Assembly: GCA_015492645.1 (NCBI GenBank) | Contig: WGER01000068.1 | Coordinates: forward strand, 23,605-87,604 | Source: Nitrospirota bacterium | GTDB lineage: Bacteria > Nitrospirota > Thermodesulfovibrionia > Thermodesulfovibrionales > JdFR-85 | DNA length: 64,000 nt | Reading direction: 5' to 3' | Shown: one piece after another, positions 8,466 through 19,730 of the stretch | Numbering within the stretch: the stretch's first letter is position 1 | How the letters are laid out: each line of letters starts with the position of its first letter | Notes under the pieces: model-generated | The model's database searches: none | The model's input: the letters and a program-made list of their open reading frames with translations, nothing else | What the model was told of the DNA's origin: nothing | Position numbers and translations under genes: made by a program

Positions 8466-8496
8466 TTGACAATAAAGGCTTCACATGGGTTATCAT
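8466..8496 (+). promoter_or_regulatory. Possible promoter of yebC operon
   Basis: TTGACA at 8466-8471, then TATCAT at 8491-8496 with a suboptimal 19-nt spacer. A leader follows with GAAGGAGGG before GTG 8524. Confidence 0.3.
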
Positions 8497-8523
8497 AAAT
8501 AGTTATGTTTGAAGGAGGGTCAT

Positions 8524-9279
8524 GTGGCAGGCCACAGTAAATGGGCACAGATAAAGCATAAAAAGGCGATTGTAGATGCAAGAAAGGGAAAACTCTTCTC
8601 AAAACTGGCAAAGGAGATATCTGTAGCAGCCCGCCTTGGTGGTGGTGATCCATCCATGAATCCCCGTCTCCGAACCGCAATCGAAAAGGCGAAAGATGCG
8701 AATATGCCGCAGGACAACATCAGGAGGGCGATCCAGAAGGGGACAGGGGAATTGCCAGGTGCATCCTATGAAGAGGTGTATTACGAGGGCTATGGACCCG
8801 GAGGTGTGGCCCTCATGATTCATGCCCTTACTGACAACAAGAACAGGACAGTGGCAGAACTGAGACATATACTCAGCAAACACGGAGGAAACCTCGGAGA
8901 GGCGGGTTGTGTCTCGTGGATATTTGAGAAGAAGGGGTATATCCTCGTTAGTAAGGAGAGTATAGATGAAGATAGCCTGATGGGTATTGTTATTGAGGCA
9001 GGTGCAGAGGACCTCCGGTCAGACCCGAGGGAAGATAACTACGAGGTCATAACCTCGGTAGAAGAGTTTCATAATGTGAAGGAGGCCATTGAGAGAGCGG
9101 GGATAAGGCCCGTCAGTGCAGAGATAACGATGCTGCCAAAGACAGTGGTAAGGATAGAGGGAGATGTGGCTGAGAGGATGTTGAGATTAATGGACGCCCT
9201 CGAAGAACATGATGATGTCCAGAATGTCTATGCAAACTTTGATATACCAGAAGAGGTCATGGCCAAGGCAGGGGCATGA
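8524..9279 (+). CDS. yebC: YebC/PmpR family DNA-binding transcriptional regulator
   Basis: [31 protein letters not shown] is the canonical YebC N-terminus. I prefer GTG at 8524 with GAAGGAGGG 5-6 nt upstream; the track start at 8509 adds 5 atypical residues. Confidence 0.9.
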   Translation: MAGHSKWAQIKHKKAIVDARKGKLFSKLAKEISVAARLGGGDPSMNPRLRTAIEKAKDANMPQDNIRRAIQKGTGELPGASYEEVYYEGYGPGGVALMIHALTDNKNRTVAELRHILSKHGGNLGEAGCVSWIFEKKGYILVSKESIDEDSLMGIVIEAGAEDLRSDPREDNYEVITSVEEFHNVKEAIERAGIRPVSAEITMLPKTVVRIEGDVAERMLRLMDALEEHDDVQNVYANFDIPEEVMAKAGA

Positions 9280-10349
9280 AGGATCCCTCTGATGGGCTGA
9301 GGAAGACTCCTGTAAGAGGGGTAACACTCCTTCTGCTGATTCTCCTTTATGCCTCTCAGGGTCTCTGCCTCACTCAAGAAGAAAAGACAAACATCCGGGT
9401 CTACAAGGAGGCGAGTCCATCTGTTGTAAACATAACCACCATGACACTCATCAGGGACTTCTTCTCTGTTTATCCCCAGAGGGGGGCCGGGTCCGGTTCT
9501 ATAATCACTGAGGATGGGTATATCCTCACAAACTACCATGTGGTTGAGGATGCACAGCAGATAACCGTCACTCTGTACGATGGGAGTAAGTATGATGCAA
9601 CCTTTGTAGGTGCTGACCCGGAGAATGATATAGCGATAATAAAGATAGAACCAAAGGGTAAACTGAAGCCACTCAAACTGGGCGATTCTGACACACTCCA
9701 GGTGGGGCAGAAGGTCTTTGCCATAGGTAACCCCTTTGGCCTGAACTCCACCCTCACCACAGGCATCATAAGTGCACTGGGCAGACCCCTTACCACCGAA
9801 AGTGGCAGGGTTATTGAGAACGTTATCCAGACAGACGCACCTATAAACCCTGGCAACTCAGGGGGCCCCCTCATAGACACATCCGGCAGGATGATCGGGA
9901 TAAACACGGCGATCTTCACCCCTTCCGGTGGAAATATCGGGATAGGCTTTGCCATCCCTGTCAACACCGCCAGAGAACTCATCCCGGACCTCATCAAATA
10001 TGGAAAGGTGAGGCGCCCCTGGATCGGGATTGTGGGTGTGCCCCTCTGGCCGGACCTGGCGAGGGCCCTCGGGCTGCCTGTGAATGAGGGTATACTCGTA
10101 TCAGAGGTGATCAGAGGGAGCCCGGCCCACAGGGCAGGACTGAGGGGTGGCTCCATACCGGTAGAGATAAGTGGGACCATCATCTACATCGGTGGTGATG
10201 TTATCCTGAAGATAAACCAGCGAAAGATCACCTCCCTTGAGGATGTGAGAAAGGCCCTGAAGGGGGTAAAAGAGGGTAGTAAGGTGGATGTCTTGGTGAT
10301 GCGTGACAGCACCCTCAGGCACCTCAAGATGGAGGTGGTGCTCCGATGA
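9276..10349 (+). CDS. htrA: Periplasmic S1C serine protease (HtrA/DegP/DegS family) with one PDZ domain
   Basis: Signal-anchor sequence [14 protein letters not shown]. The catalytic triad contexts are TNYHVV, NDIAIIK and GNSGGPL. A C-terminal PDZ-like region follows. The start overlaps the yebC stop (ATGA). Confidence 0.85.
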   Translation: MKDPSDGLRKTPVRGVTLLLLILLYASQGLCLTQEEKTNIRVYKEASPSVVNITTMTLIRDFFSVYPQRGAGSGSIITEDGYILTNYHVVEDAQQITVTLYDGSKYDATFVGADPENDIAIIKIEPKGKLKPLKLGDSDTLQVGQKVFAIGNPFGLNSTLTTGIISALGRPLTTESGRVIENVIQTDAPINPGNSGGPLIDTSGRMIGINTAIFTPSGGNIGIGFAIPVNTARELIPDLIKYGKVRRPWIGIVGVPLWPDLARALGLPVNEGILVSEVIRGSPAHRAGLRGGSIPVEISGTIIYIGGDVILKINQRKITSLEDVRKALKGVKEGSKVDVLVMRDSTLRHLKMEVVLR

Positions 10350-11731
10350 GTGGGCTCCATTGTGTGGTCCTTGCAGCGGGTCTCGGCACGAGGATGCGTT
10401 CCGGTATCTCCAAGGTCCTTCATCCCCTTAATGGGAGGCCGATGCTCCAGTGGGTCCTCTCATGCCTTGCCCCCCTCAGACCCAGAAGGGTCATAGTGGT
10501 GGCAAACAGATCAAACCTTGAGCCGCTGAGGCGGAGTGTCTCTGCAGAGGCGATCGAGTTTGTGGTCCAGAGGAAACCCCTGGGCACTGCCCATGCGGTC
10601 ATAACGGCCACAAGGCACCTGGGTGAGTTCCAGGGAGACCTCATGATACTGAATGGTGACACCCCCCTCTTGAGATCTGATACCCTGAGGGCCTTTCTCA
10701 GGAGACACCGGAGGGCCTCCAATAACCTGAGCATCATCTCCTTCGTTCCGGAAGACCCTACGGGTTACGGGAGGGTCCTGAGAGACGCCTATGGCAGACC
10801 GGTAGAGATCAGAGAAGAAAGGGACCTCTCGGACGATGAAAGGGCTGTGAGAGAGGTGAACAGCGGGGTGTATCTGATGGACGAAAGGGTCATCCCACTT
10901 CTGAAGAGGATAAAGAAGAATCCTGACAAAGGGGAATACTACCTCACCGACATCCTCTCCCTTGCAGAGAAGAGGGGTCTGAAGGTGGGGGTTTATACCA
11001 TTGGGGAACCCTCTGAGTTCATCGGCATAAACACAAAGGAGGAACTTCTGAGGGCCCAGAGAATTCTCAGACTGAGGAAGGTGAGGGAACTGGTGGAGGC
11101 AGATGTCCATGTGATGGACGAAGAGAGGGTTTACGCCTCTGAAGAATCCAGCGTTGGTGAGGGCACCCTCCTTTATCCTGATGTCTATATTGAGGGCACA
11201 ACAACCATAGGGAGAAACTGTGTGATCCATCAGAATGTGAAACTCGTTGACTGCGTTATTGGTGACAATGTGGTTATAAGGGAGAACTCCACCCTTGAGG
11301 GCGCCTCTGTAGAGGAAGGGGCCACAGTGGGGCCCTTTGCAAGGTTGAGACCGGGTACAGAGGTGAAAAGAGGTGCCAGGGTGGGTAATTTTGTTGAGGT
11401 GAAGAACTCCACAGTAGGACCGGACACCAAGGCCCTCCACCTCAGTTACTTAGGTGATGCAGAGATTGGCAGTAAGGTAAACATAGGTGCAGGCACGATC
11501 ACCTGCAATTATGACGGAATAAAGAAATACAGGACCATTATTGAAGACGGAGTCTTTGTGGGGAGCGATACACAACTGGTCGCTCCGGTCAGGATAAGGA
11601 AGGGGGCATATATAGGGGCTGGTTCTACCATCACAAAGGATGTACCTGAGGGGGCCCTTGCATTGAGCAGGTGTGAACAGAGGGTGATTAAGGGCTGGGT
11701 AAAGAAGAGGTTCAAAAGGAGAGGGTCCTGA
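10346..11731 (+). CDS. glmU: Bifunctional UDP-N-acetylglucosamine pyrophosphorylase / glucosamine-1-phosphate N-acetyltransferase
   Basis: N-terminal VVLAAGLGTRMRS nucleotidyltransferase loop and C-terminal left-handed beta-helix hexapeptide repeats (GDNVVIRENSTLEGASVEEGATVGPFARLRPG...). 461 aa. Confidence 0.9.
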   Translation: MSGLHCVVLAAGLGTRMRSGISKVLHPLNGRPMLQWVLSCLAPLRPRRVIVVANRSNLEPLRRSVSAEAIEFVVQRKPLGTAHAVITATRHLGEFQGDLMILNGDTPLLRSDTLRAFLRRHRRASNNLSIISFVPEDPTGYGRVLRDAYGRPVEIREERDLSDDERAVREVNSGVYLMDERVIPLLKRIKKNPDKGEYYLTDILSLAEKRGLKVGVYTIGEPSEFIGINTKEELLRAQRILRLRKVRELVEADVHVMDEERVYASEESSVGEGTLLYPDVYIEGTTTIGRNCVIHQNVKLVDCVIGDNVVIRENSTLEGASVEEGATVGPFARLRPGTEVKRGARVGNFVEVKNSTVGPDTKALHLSYLGDAEIGSKVNIGAGTITCNYDGIKKYRTIIEDGVFVGSDTQLVAPVRIRKGAYIGAGSTITKDVPEGALALSRCEQRVIKGWVKKRFKRRGS

Positions 11732-13554
11732 TGTGTGGTATCATCGGTTACCTCGGTAAAGGTAATGCCATTGATATTGTGTTGAGGGGTCTGAAGAGGC
11801 TCGAGTACAGGGGCTATGACTCTGCAGGAGTGGCCTTCTTCAATGGAGGGGACTTTGAGATCCGGAGATGCAAGGGGAAGATAAGGGACCTTGAGGCCCT
11901 GATCCAGGTCTCCCTGAACTCCAACCTGGCGGTAGGACACACCAGGTGGGCAACTCACGGTGTCCCTGCTGACCACAATGCCCATCCCCATTGTTCTGAC
12001 TCTGTGGTCCTGGTCCATAACGGGATTATCGAAAACTATCTCGTTCTGAAGGAAGAACTTACCTCCCTCGGGTATCAATTCACTTCGGAGACGGATACAG
12101 AGGTGATAGTGCACCTCATAGAACACTTCCACAGGGATATGCCCCTGGAAGAGGCGGTAAGGGAGGCGACAGGCAGGCTTCATGGTGCGTTCGCCCTTGT
12201 GGTGGTCTCCAGAAAGACGCCTGATATGATGGTGGGTGTGAGGAAGGACAGCCCCCTTGTTATGGGAATATCTGAGGATGGTTACTTCCTTGCCTCTGAT
12301 GTGCCTGCCTTTCTTGAATGGACAAGGAGGGTTGTCTTCCTGGAGGATTCAGAGATGGCCGTTGTCACACCTGATGGTTACAGGATCGTCACATTTGATG
12401 GCAGAGAGGTCCACAGATCACCTACCACTGTGGACTGGACGGCATCAATGGCCGACAAGGGTGGTTACAGACACTACATGTTAAAGGAGATCCACGAGCA
12501 GCCCAGTTCCATCGCCAATACCCTGAGGGGCAGAATCGACCTGTCAAGGATGGCGGTGAATCCGGGGGAGTTTATGCTGCCCGATGGACTTCTAACCAGT
12601 ATCAACAGGGTCTTTATAGTCGCCTGCGGTACCTCCTGGCATGCAGGTCTGGTCGGTAAATACATGATAGAGTCGCTATGCAGGATTCCCGTTGAGGTAG
12701 ACCTTGCCTCAGAGTTCCGTTACCGGAGGTCACTGATCAGCAGGGGTGACCTCTTTGTGGTCATAACCCAGTCAGGAGAGACGGCCGATACCCTTGCTGC
12801 CCAGAGGGAGGCGAAGAGACAGGGTGCCTTTACGTTGAGTATCTGCAATGTGATAGGCTCCAGTTCGGCAAGGGAGGCCGATGCGGTCTTTTATCTCCAT
12901 TCAGGCCCTGAGATAGGTGTTGCCTCCACCAAGGCATTCACCTCCCAACTGGTGGCCCTCTACCTGTTCAGCCTCCTTATGGCAGAGGCGAGGGGGCAGA
13001 TAGACTCATCCCTGAGGAGGCAGATGCTCCAGGATGTGATGGGTATACCAGAGAAGGTGGAGGGGGTGCTGAAGAGGGAGTCAGAGATCGAGGAGATGGC
13101 GAGGAGGTATAGCAATTCTAAGGACTTCCTCTATCTCGGCAGGGGTATCCTCTATCCAGTGGCCCTTGAGGGTGCCCTAAAACTGAAGGAGATATCCTAT
13201 ATCCATGCCGAGGGTTATCCGGCTGGTGAGATGAAACACGGTCCGATAGCCCTCATAGATGAACAGATGCCGACGGTATTTCTGGTCCAGGCGGGTGAAC
13301 TGAGAAGGAAGGTCTTTTCAAACATCGAGGAGGTGACCGCCAGGGGTGGCAGGGTGATTGTCTTCAAGTCAGAAGATGTAAGGGACCCGATACCCTCTGC
13401 TGAGCATATCTTCGAGGTTCCCAGGACAAACGAGTTCTTAGAGCCTGTACTGATGGCCGTCCCCCTGCAACTTCTGGCTTATTATATAGGGGTGAGGAAG
13501 GGGTATGATGTGGATCAGCCGAGAAATCTTGCAAAGAGCGTGACAGTGGAGTGA
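11731..13554 (+). CDS. glmS: Glutamine--fructose-6-phosphate aminotransferase (isomerizing)
   Basis: MCGIIGY Ntn-amidotransferase start, GHTRWATHG, two SIS domains, and the C-terminal DQPRNLAKSVTVE. Confidence 0.95.
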   Translation: MCGIIGYLGKGNAIDIVLRGLKRLEYRGYDSAGVAFFNGGDFEIRRCKGKIRDLEALIQVSLNSNLAVGHTRWATHGVPADHNAHPHCSDSVVLVHNGIIENYLVLKEELTSLGYQFTSETDTEVIVHLIEHFHRDMPLEEAVREATGRLHGAFALVVVSRKTPDMMVGVRKDSPLVMGISEDGYFLASDVPAFLEWTRRVVFLEDSEMAVVTPDGYRIVTFDGREVHRSPTTVDWTASMADKGGYRHYMLKEIHEQPSSIANTLRGRIDLSRMAVNPGEFMLPDGLLTSINRVFIVACGTSWHAGLVGKYMIESLCRIPVEVDLASEFRYRRSLISRGDLFVVITQSGETADTLAAQREAKRQGAFTLSICNVIGSSSAREADAVFYLHSGPEIGVASTKAFTSQLVALYLFSLLMAEARGQIDSSLRRQMLQDVMGIPEKVEGVLKRESEIEEMARRYSNSKDFLYLGRGILYPVALEGALKLKEISYIHAEGYPAGEMKHGPIALIDEQMPTVFLVQAGELRRKVFSNIEEVTARGGRVIVFKSEDVRDPIPSAEHIFEVPRTNEFLEPVLMAVPLQLLAYYIGVRKGYDVDQPRNLAKSVTVE

Positions 13555-13570
13555 AAAATACTGAAAATCT

Positions 13571-13600
13571 TTGAAAAAATGAGGGACAATATCGTAAAAT
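13571..13600 (+). promoter_or_regulatory. Possible promoter of the helicase-gatC-panD operon
   Basis: TTGAAA (13571-13576) - 18 nt - TAAAAT (13595-13600), followed by AAGGAGAGG and ATG 13617. Confidence 0.35.
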
Positions 13601-13616
13601 AAAAAAGGAGAGGGCT

Positions 13617-15722
13617 ATGAAAAGGGATGACCTATTTGAGGGCCTCAGTGAACAACAGAAAGAGGCTATTTGTTATGTGGAGGGGCCTCTACTTGTGCTG
13701 GCCGGTGCAGGCAGTGGTAAGACAAAGGTAATCACTCACAAACTCCTGTATCTGGAGAGAGAGGAAGGACTCCCGGCAGAGGGTATCCTCACGGTCACAC
13801 TTACAAACAGGGCGGCCTCAGAGATCAGACACACCGTGGCAGAGTTTATGAATGGACCCGAACACAACTATCCAATAGGCACACCCAGGTGGCACTGTCT
13901 TCAGATCCTCAGAAGGGAGATCACTGCACTCGGATACGGTACAGACTTTGTTATCTATGATGATGATGACAGGGAGGCTCTTATAAGGCATATCCTCAGG
14001 GAATTCAATATATATGAGGCCCTTTACAAAGGGGTTGCCTCCAGACTTGGCTATCTGAAGGCGTCCTTAGTATGGCCCGAGGAGTTTGTCTCCACAGGTG
14101 ACGGCTTCGGTTTTGACGAGAAACTGGCAAAGGTCTACGTCAGGTATCAGGACGAACTGAAGAGGTGTAATGCTGTGGATTGTGACGACCTGGTGATGTT
14201 GACCGTCAGGCTCTTCAGGGAGTTTCCTGAGATACTCGAGCAGTATAAGGAACGGTATCAGTACATCCTTGTGGATGACTTTCACGATCTGAGTCCCGCA
14301 GAGTATGAGTTTCTGAGACTCCTATTTGCCAATCGTAATTTCACAGTAACAGCAGATGATGACCAGTGCATCATGAAGTTTAAGGGCGGTGAGAGCCGGA
14401 ACATCTACAAACTTGAGGAGGATTTCCCTGAGGTGAGGGTCCTTCCCTTGGAGAAGAATTTCAGGAGCACGCAGAACATAGTGAAGGTCTTTGGCTCGGT
14501 GATCTCCAGGAACACCTCAAGAAAGGACAAGAGGATCAGACCACTGAGGGAGAAAGGTGAAAAGGTCTTCTTCTACTGGCTTCCCACTGAAGAGGATGAG
14601 GCGAAATATGTGGTGAAAAATATCAGGGAGGTGTATCTGAGAGGAGAGTATTCCTATGGCGACATGGCGATCCTGTACAGGATACCGTCTCAGTCCAGGA
14701 CAATAGAGGAGGCCCTCAAGAGGGAGAAGATCCCCTACAGGGTGATTGGAGGAGAGAACTTCTACGAGAGGAAGGAGATAAGAGACCTGATAGCCTATCT
14801 GAAACTGATCCAGAATCCCCATGACAATGTGAGTCTCAGGAGGGTTATAAATCTCCCCTCAAGGGGTATAGGTATTCAGACCCTTACAAAGCTGGAACAG
14901 GAATCTAAGGTGAAGGGGACCAGTCTCTACGAGACGATAAAGGAGGTTTGCTCCAAGAGGGGTTCAAACCAGCCAATAGTGGAACGGCTCAGGTCATTTG
15001 TCAAACTGATCGAGGCCCTCAGAAAGAGGGCCGGGGATCCGGTGTCAGAGATACTGAAGTCCATCATGGAGTTGTCAGGATATGGGCTGAATCTCTCAGA
15101 GGAAAAACTCCAGTATATAGGCGAGTTGATGGCCTCTACAGAGGAGACAGGACTTGAGGAGTTTCTGGAGAAGGTCTCCCTTATGAGCAGTTATGACGAT
15201 GTGTGTGAGAAGGACAGTGTCTCATTGATGACAATACCCATGTCAAGGGGGCTGGAGTTTCCGGTTGTATTTATCATCGGCCTTGAAGAGGGTCTGATTC
15301 CCTATTTCAAGACACTGGAAGACGAGGAGGGGATCTCTGATGAAAGAAGGCTCTTCTATCTCGGCATGACAAGGGCTAAGGACATCCTGTTTTTGACAGG
15401 TGCGAAGAAGAGGAGGGTACTGTCCAGGCTGCAGGAGCAGGAGCCTTCGAGGTTTCTGAAGGACATACCAAGGCAGTACTGTGCCTGGATAGAAAAGTCT
15501 CCCTGTCATATCCCTGCATCTCTGGGGGACGGAAAGAAACCAAAGACCTTCAGGGTGGCTACCGTATACAAGACCGGTTGCAGGGTGAGGCACCCGAAGT
15601 GGGGTATTGGAGTGATCAGGGAGTGTTATGGGGAAGGGGATGAGATGAAGGTGTGTGTCAACTTTCCCAAGGTGGGTCTCAAAAGGCTCGCAATAAAGTA
15701 CGCACAACTGGAGAGGCTCTAA
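13617..15722 (+). CDS. uvrD: UvrD/PcrA/Rep-family SF1 DNA helicase (divergent motif II)
   Basis: Walker A AGAGSGKT, motif Ia TLTNRAASEI, motif III TADDDQCI, motif IV EKNFRSTQNIV, GLEFPVVFIIGLEEGLIP, and RRLFYLGMTRAKD. Motif II reads VDDFHD instead of DEFQD. Confidence 0.85.
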   Translation: MKRDDLFEGLSEQQKEAICYVEGPLLVLAGAGSGKTKVITHKLLYLEREEGLPAEGILTVTLTNRAASEIRHTVAEFMNGPEHNYPIGTPRWHCLQILRREITALGYGTDFVIYDDDDREALIRHILREFNIYEALYKGVASRLGYLKASLVWPEEFVSTGDGFGFDEKLAKVYVRYQDELKRCNAVDCDDLVMLTVRLFREFPEILEQYKERYQYILVDDFHDLSPAEYEFLRLLFANRNFTVTADDDQCIMKFKGGESRNIYKLEEDFPEVRVLPLEKNFRSTQNIVKVFGSVISRNTSRKDKRIRPLREKGEKVFFYWLPTEEDEAKYVVKNIREVYLRGEYSYGDMAILYRIPSQSRTIEEALKREKIPYRVIGGENFYERKEIRDLIAYLKLIQNPHDNVSLRRVINLPSRGIGIQTLTKLEQESKVKGTSLYETIKEVCSKRGSNQPIVERLRSFVKLIEALRKRAGDPVSEILKSIMELSGYGLNLSEEKLQYIGELMASTEETGLEEFLEKVSLMSSYDDVCEKDSVSLMTIPMSRGLEFPVVFIIGLEEGLIPYFKTLEDEEGISDERRLFYLGMTRAKDILFLTGAKKRRVLSRLQEQEPSRFLKDIPRQYCAWIEKSPCHIPASLGDGKKPKTFRVATVYKTGCRVRHPKWGIGVIRECYGEGDEMKVCVNFPKVGLKRLAIKYAQLERL

Positions 15723-16009
15723 TGGGCATATCAATTGAGCAGGTAGAACATATAGCCAGACTTGCGAGATTGGGGCTGTCTGATGAGGAGAAGGTCCTTT
15801 ACACAGGTCAGTTGAGTAAGATCTTAGAGTACATAGAGAAACTGAACGAACTGGACACCTCAGGGGTGGAACCGACAAGCCATGTGGTCCAATTAAGCAA
15901 TGTGATGAGGGAGGATGTCCCGAAGGAGTCCCTGCCCCTTGAGGAGGCACTCCGTAACGCCCCTGACAGAAAGGGACCATTTTACAGGGTACCCCCGATA
16001 ATAGAGTAG
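15722..16009 (+). CDS. gatC: Asp-tRNA(Asn)/Glu-tRNA(Gln) amidotransferase subunit C
   Basis: MGISIEQVEHIARLARLGLSDEEKVLYTGQLSKILEYIEKLNELDTSGVEPTSH is the typical GatC sequence. ATG 15722 overlaps the helicase stop; the longer track ORF from 15653 is unlikely. Confidence 0.9.
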   Translation: MGISIEQVEHIARLARLGLSDEEKVLYTGQLSKILEYIEKLNELDTSGVEPTSHVVQLSNVMREDVPKESLPLEEALRNAPDRKGPFYRVPPIIE

Positions 16010-16010
16010 G

Positions 16011-16388
16011 ATGCAGAGGTTCGTACTCCTCTCAAAACTCCATATGGCGACGGTCACCTCCTGCCAGTTGCACTATGAGGGGAGCATCACAGTGGATGAG
16101 GAGTTAATGGAGGTTGCCGGGATGCGCCCCTACGAGCAGGTCCATGTGAGCAACCTGAACAACGGTGAAAGATTCATTACCTACCTTATACCAGGTGCAA
16201 GGGGCAAGCGGGAAGTGATCCTGAATGGCCCTACAGCAAGGCTGGCTGTACCAGGTGACAGACTGATTGTATTTGCCTATGTGCTGATGGATGAGGCGGA
16301 GTTAGAGGGGCACTCTCCAACAGTGGTAGTCCTTGATGAGAAAAACAATATACAGACTGTCCTGAGGAGGCATGTGTGGAGAGGATGA
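16011..16388 (+). CDS. panD: Aspartate 1-decarboxylase (pyruvoyl-dependent)
   Basis: LLSKLHMATVTSCQLHYEGSITVDEELM contains the G-S self-processing site. 125 aa. Confidence 0.9.
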   Translation: MQRFVLLSKLHMATVTSCQLHYEGSITVDEELMEVAGMRPYEQVHVSNLNNGERFITYLIPGARGKREVILNGPTARLAVPGDRLIVFAYVLMDEAELEGHSPTVVVLDEKNNIQTVLRRHVWRG

Positions 16389-17415
16389 TGATGAGAGGCA
16401 ATGAGGTGATTGCCGAGGCTGCTGTGCAGGCCGGCTGCCGGTTCTATGCAGGCTATCCCATAACACCCCAGAACGAGATACCGGAGTATATGTCCTGGAG
16501 ACTGCCTGAGGTGGGTGGCGTATTCATACAGGCAGAGAGCGAACTTGCCGCTATAAATATGGTGTATGGGGCTGCGGCTGCAGGTGTTAGGGCGATGACC
16601 TCTTCCTCCTCTCCGGGTATAAGCCTCAAACAGGAGGGACTGTCTTTCCTTGCCGGTGCTGAACTGCCTGCTGTGGTGGTGAACGTGCAGAGGGGTGGGC
16701 CTGGCCTGGGTAACATCTCCGGTTCCCAACAGGACTACTTTCAGGCGGTGAAGGGAGGTGGCCATGGAGACTACCGTCTGCTTGTCTATGCACCATACAA
16801 CCACCAGGAACTCTGGCAACTCACAATGAGGGCCTTTGACAGGGCAGACATGTACCGGACCCCTGTAATGATCCTTATAGACGGGGTGCTTGGTCAGATG
16901 ATGGAACCCTTCCTGCCAATGCCATATGAACCGCCAGAGTTGCCACCCAAGGACTGGATCCTCGATGGTTGTGAGGGCAGGGAACCGAGGGTGATCAAGA
17001 CCCTTTACATGGGCGAAGGGGAACTGGAGGGGAAGAACCTCCACCTCAGGGAAAAGTACCGGAGGATGAGACAGAGAGAGACGATGTATGAGGTCATCTA
17101 TGGAGATGATGCAGATGTGATGCTGGTTGCCTTTGGAGTGGCTGCAAGGGTCTGCCTTACTGCCTGTAGAGTCTTGAGGCAGAAGGGTATAAAGGCGGGT
17201 CTCCTGAGGCCCATAACCCTCTACCCCTTCCCTGACTCGGCGATAAGAGAGGCTGCACAGGAGGTGAGGTTCTTCCTTGTGGTGGAGTTGAATCTTGGCC
17301 AGATGGTGGAGGATGTGAGACTTGCCGTAAATGGCCGGAGGGAGGTCTTTTTCTACGGAAGAGGTGGTGGTAGCATGGTCTTCCCTGAGGAGGTGGTGGA
17401 TGAGGTCTGCAGGCT

Positions 17416-19595
<2,180 letters not shown>

Positions 19596-19612
19596 TCAGT
19601 GAAGTCCTCAGA

Positions 19613-19709
19613 AGGCACCGAATTTGTCTTTGCTTCAGGGGTCTCACAGAATCAGAGATTTTGCTGGACAGAGGAGCCCCCGCCCTGAAAGATCAAGGAT
19701 TTTCCAGGG
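19613..19709 (+). repeat. Intergenic mosaic repeat, locus F (M1 - M2), between two minus-strand genes
   Basis: M1-like AGGCACCGAATTTGTCTTTGCTTCAGG (19613-19639). M2 hairpin CCCTGAAAGATCAAGGATTTTCCAGGG (19683-19709), with a compensatory A-T to T-A swap at stem position 4 relative to 29396-29422. Confidence 0.65.
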
Positions 19710-19730
19710 GATACCTGTATCAAAAAAGAT

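Noticed and set aside
10511-11440. Long antisense ORFs opposite well-supported genes. Examples: 10511..11440 opposite glmU, 15243..15980 opposite the helicase and gatC, 16277..17044 opposite panD and the oxidoreductase, 3416..3988 opposite aspS, 9533..10183 opposite htrA, 11509..12183 opposite the glmU-glmS junction, 45312..45983 opposite aconitase, and 5672..6097.
   Set aside because: Their translations are low-complexity, rich in Pro, Ser, Arg and His, and carry no recognisable motifs. Each lies entirely opposite a gene with strong family signatures. They are typical shadow ORFs of a codon-biased genome.
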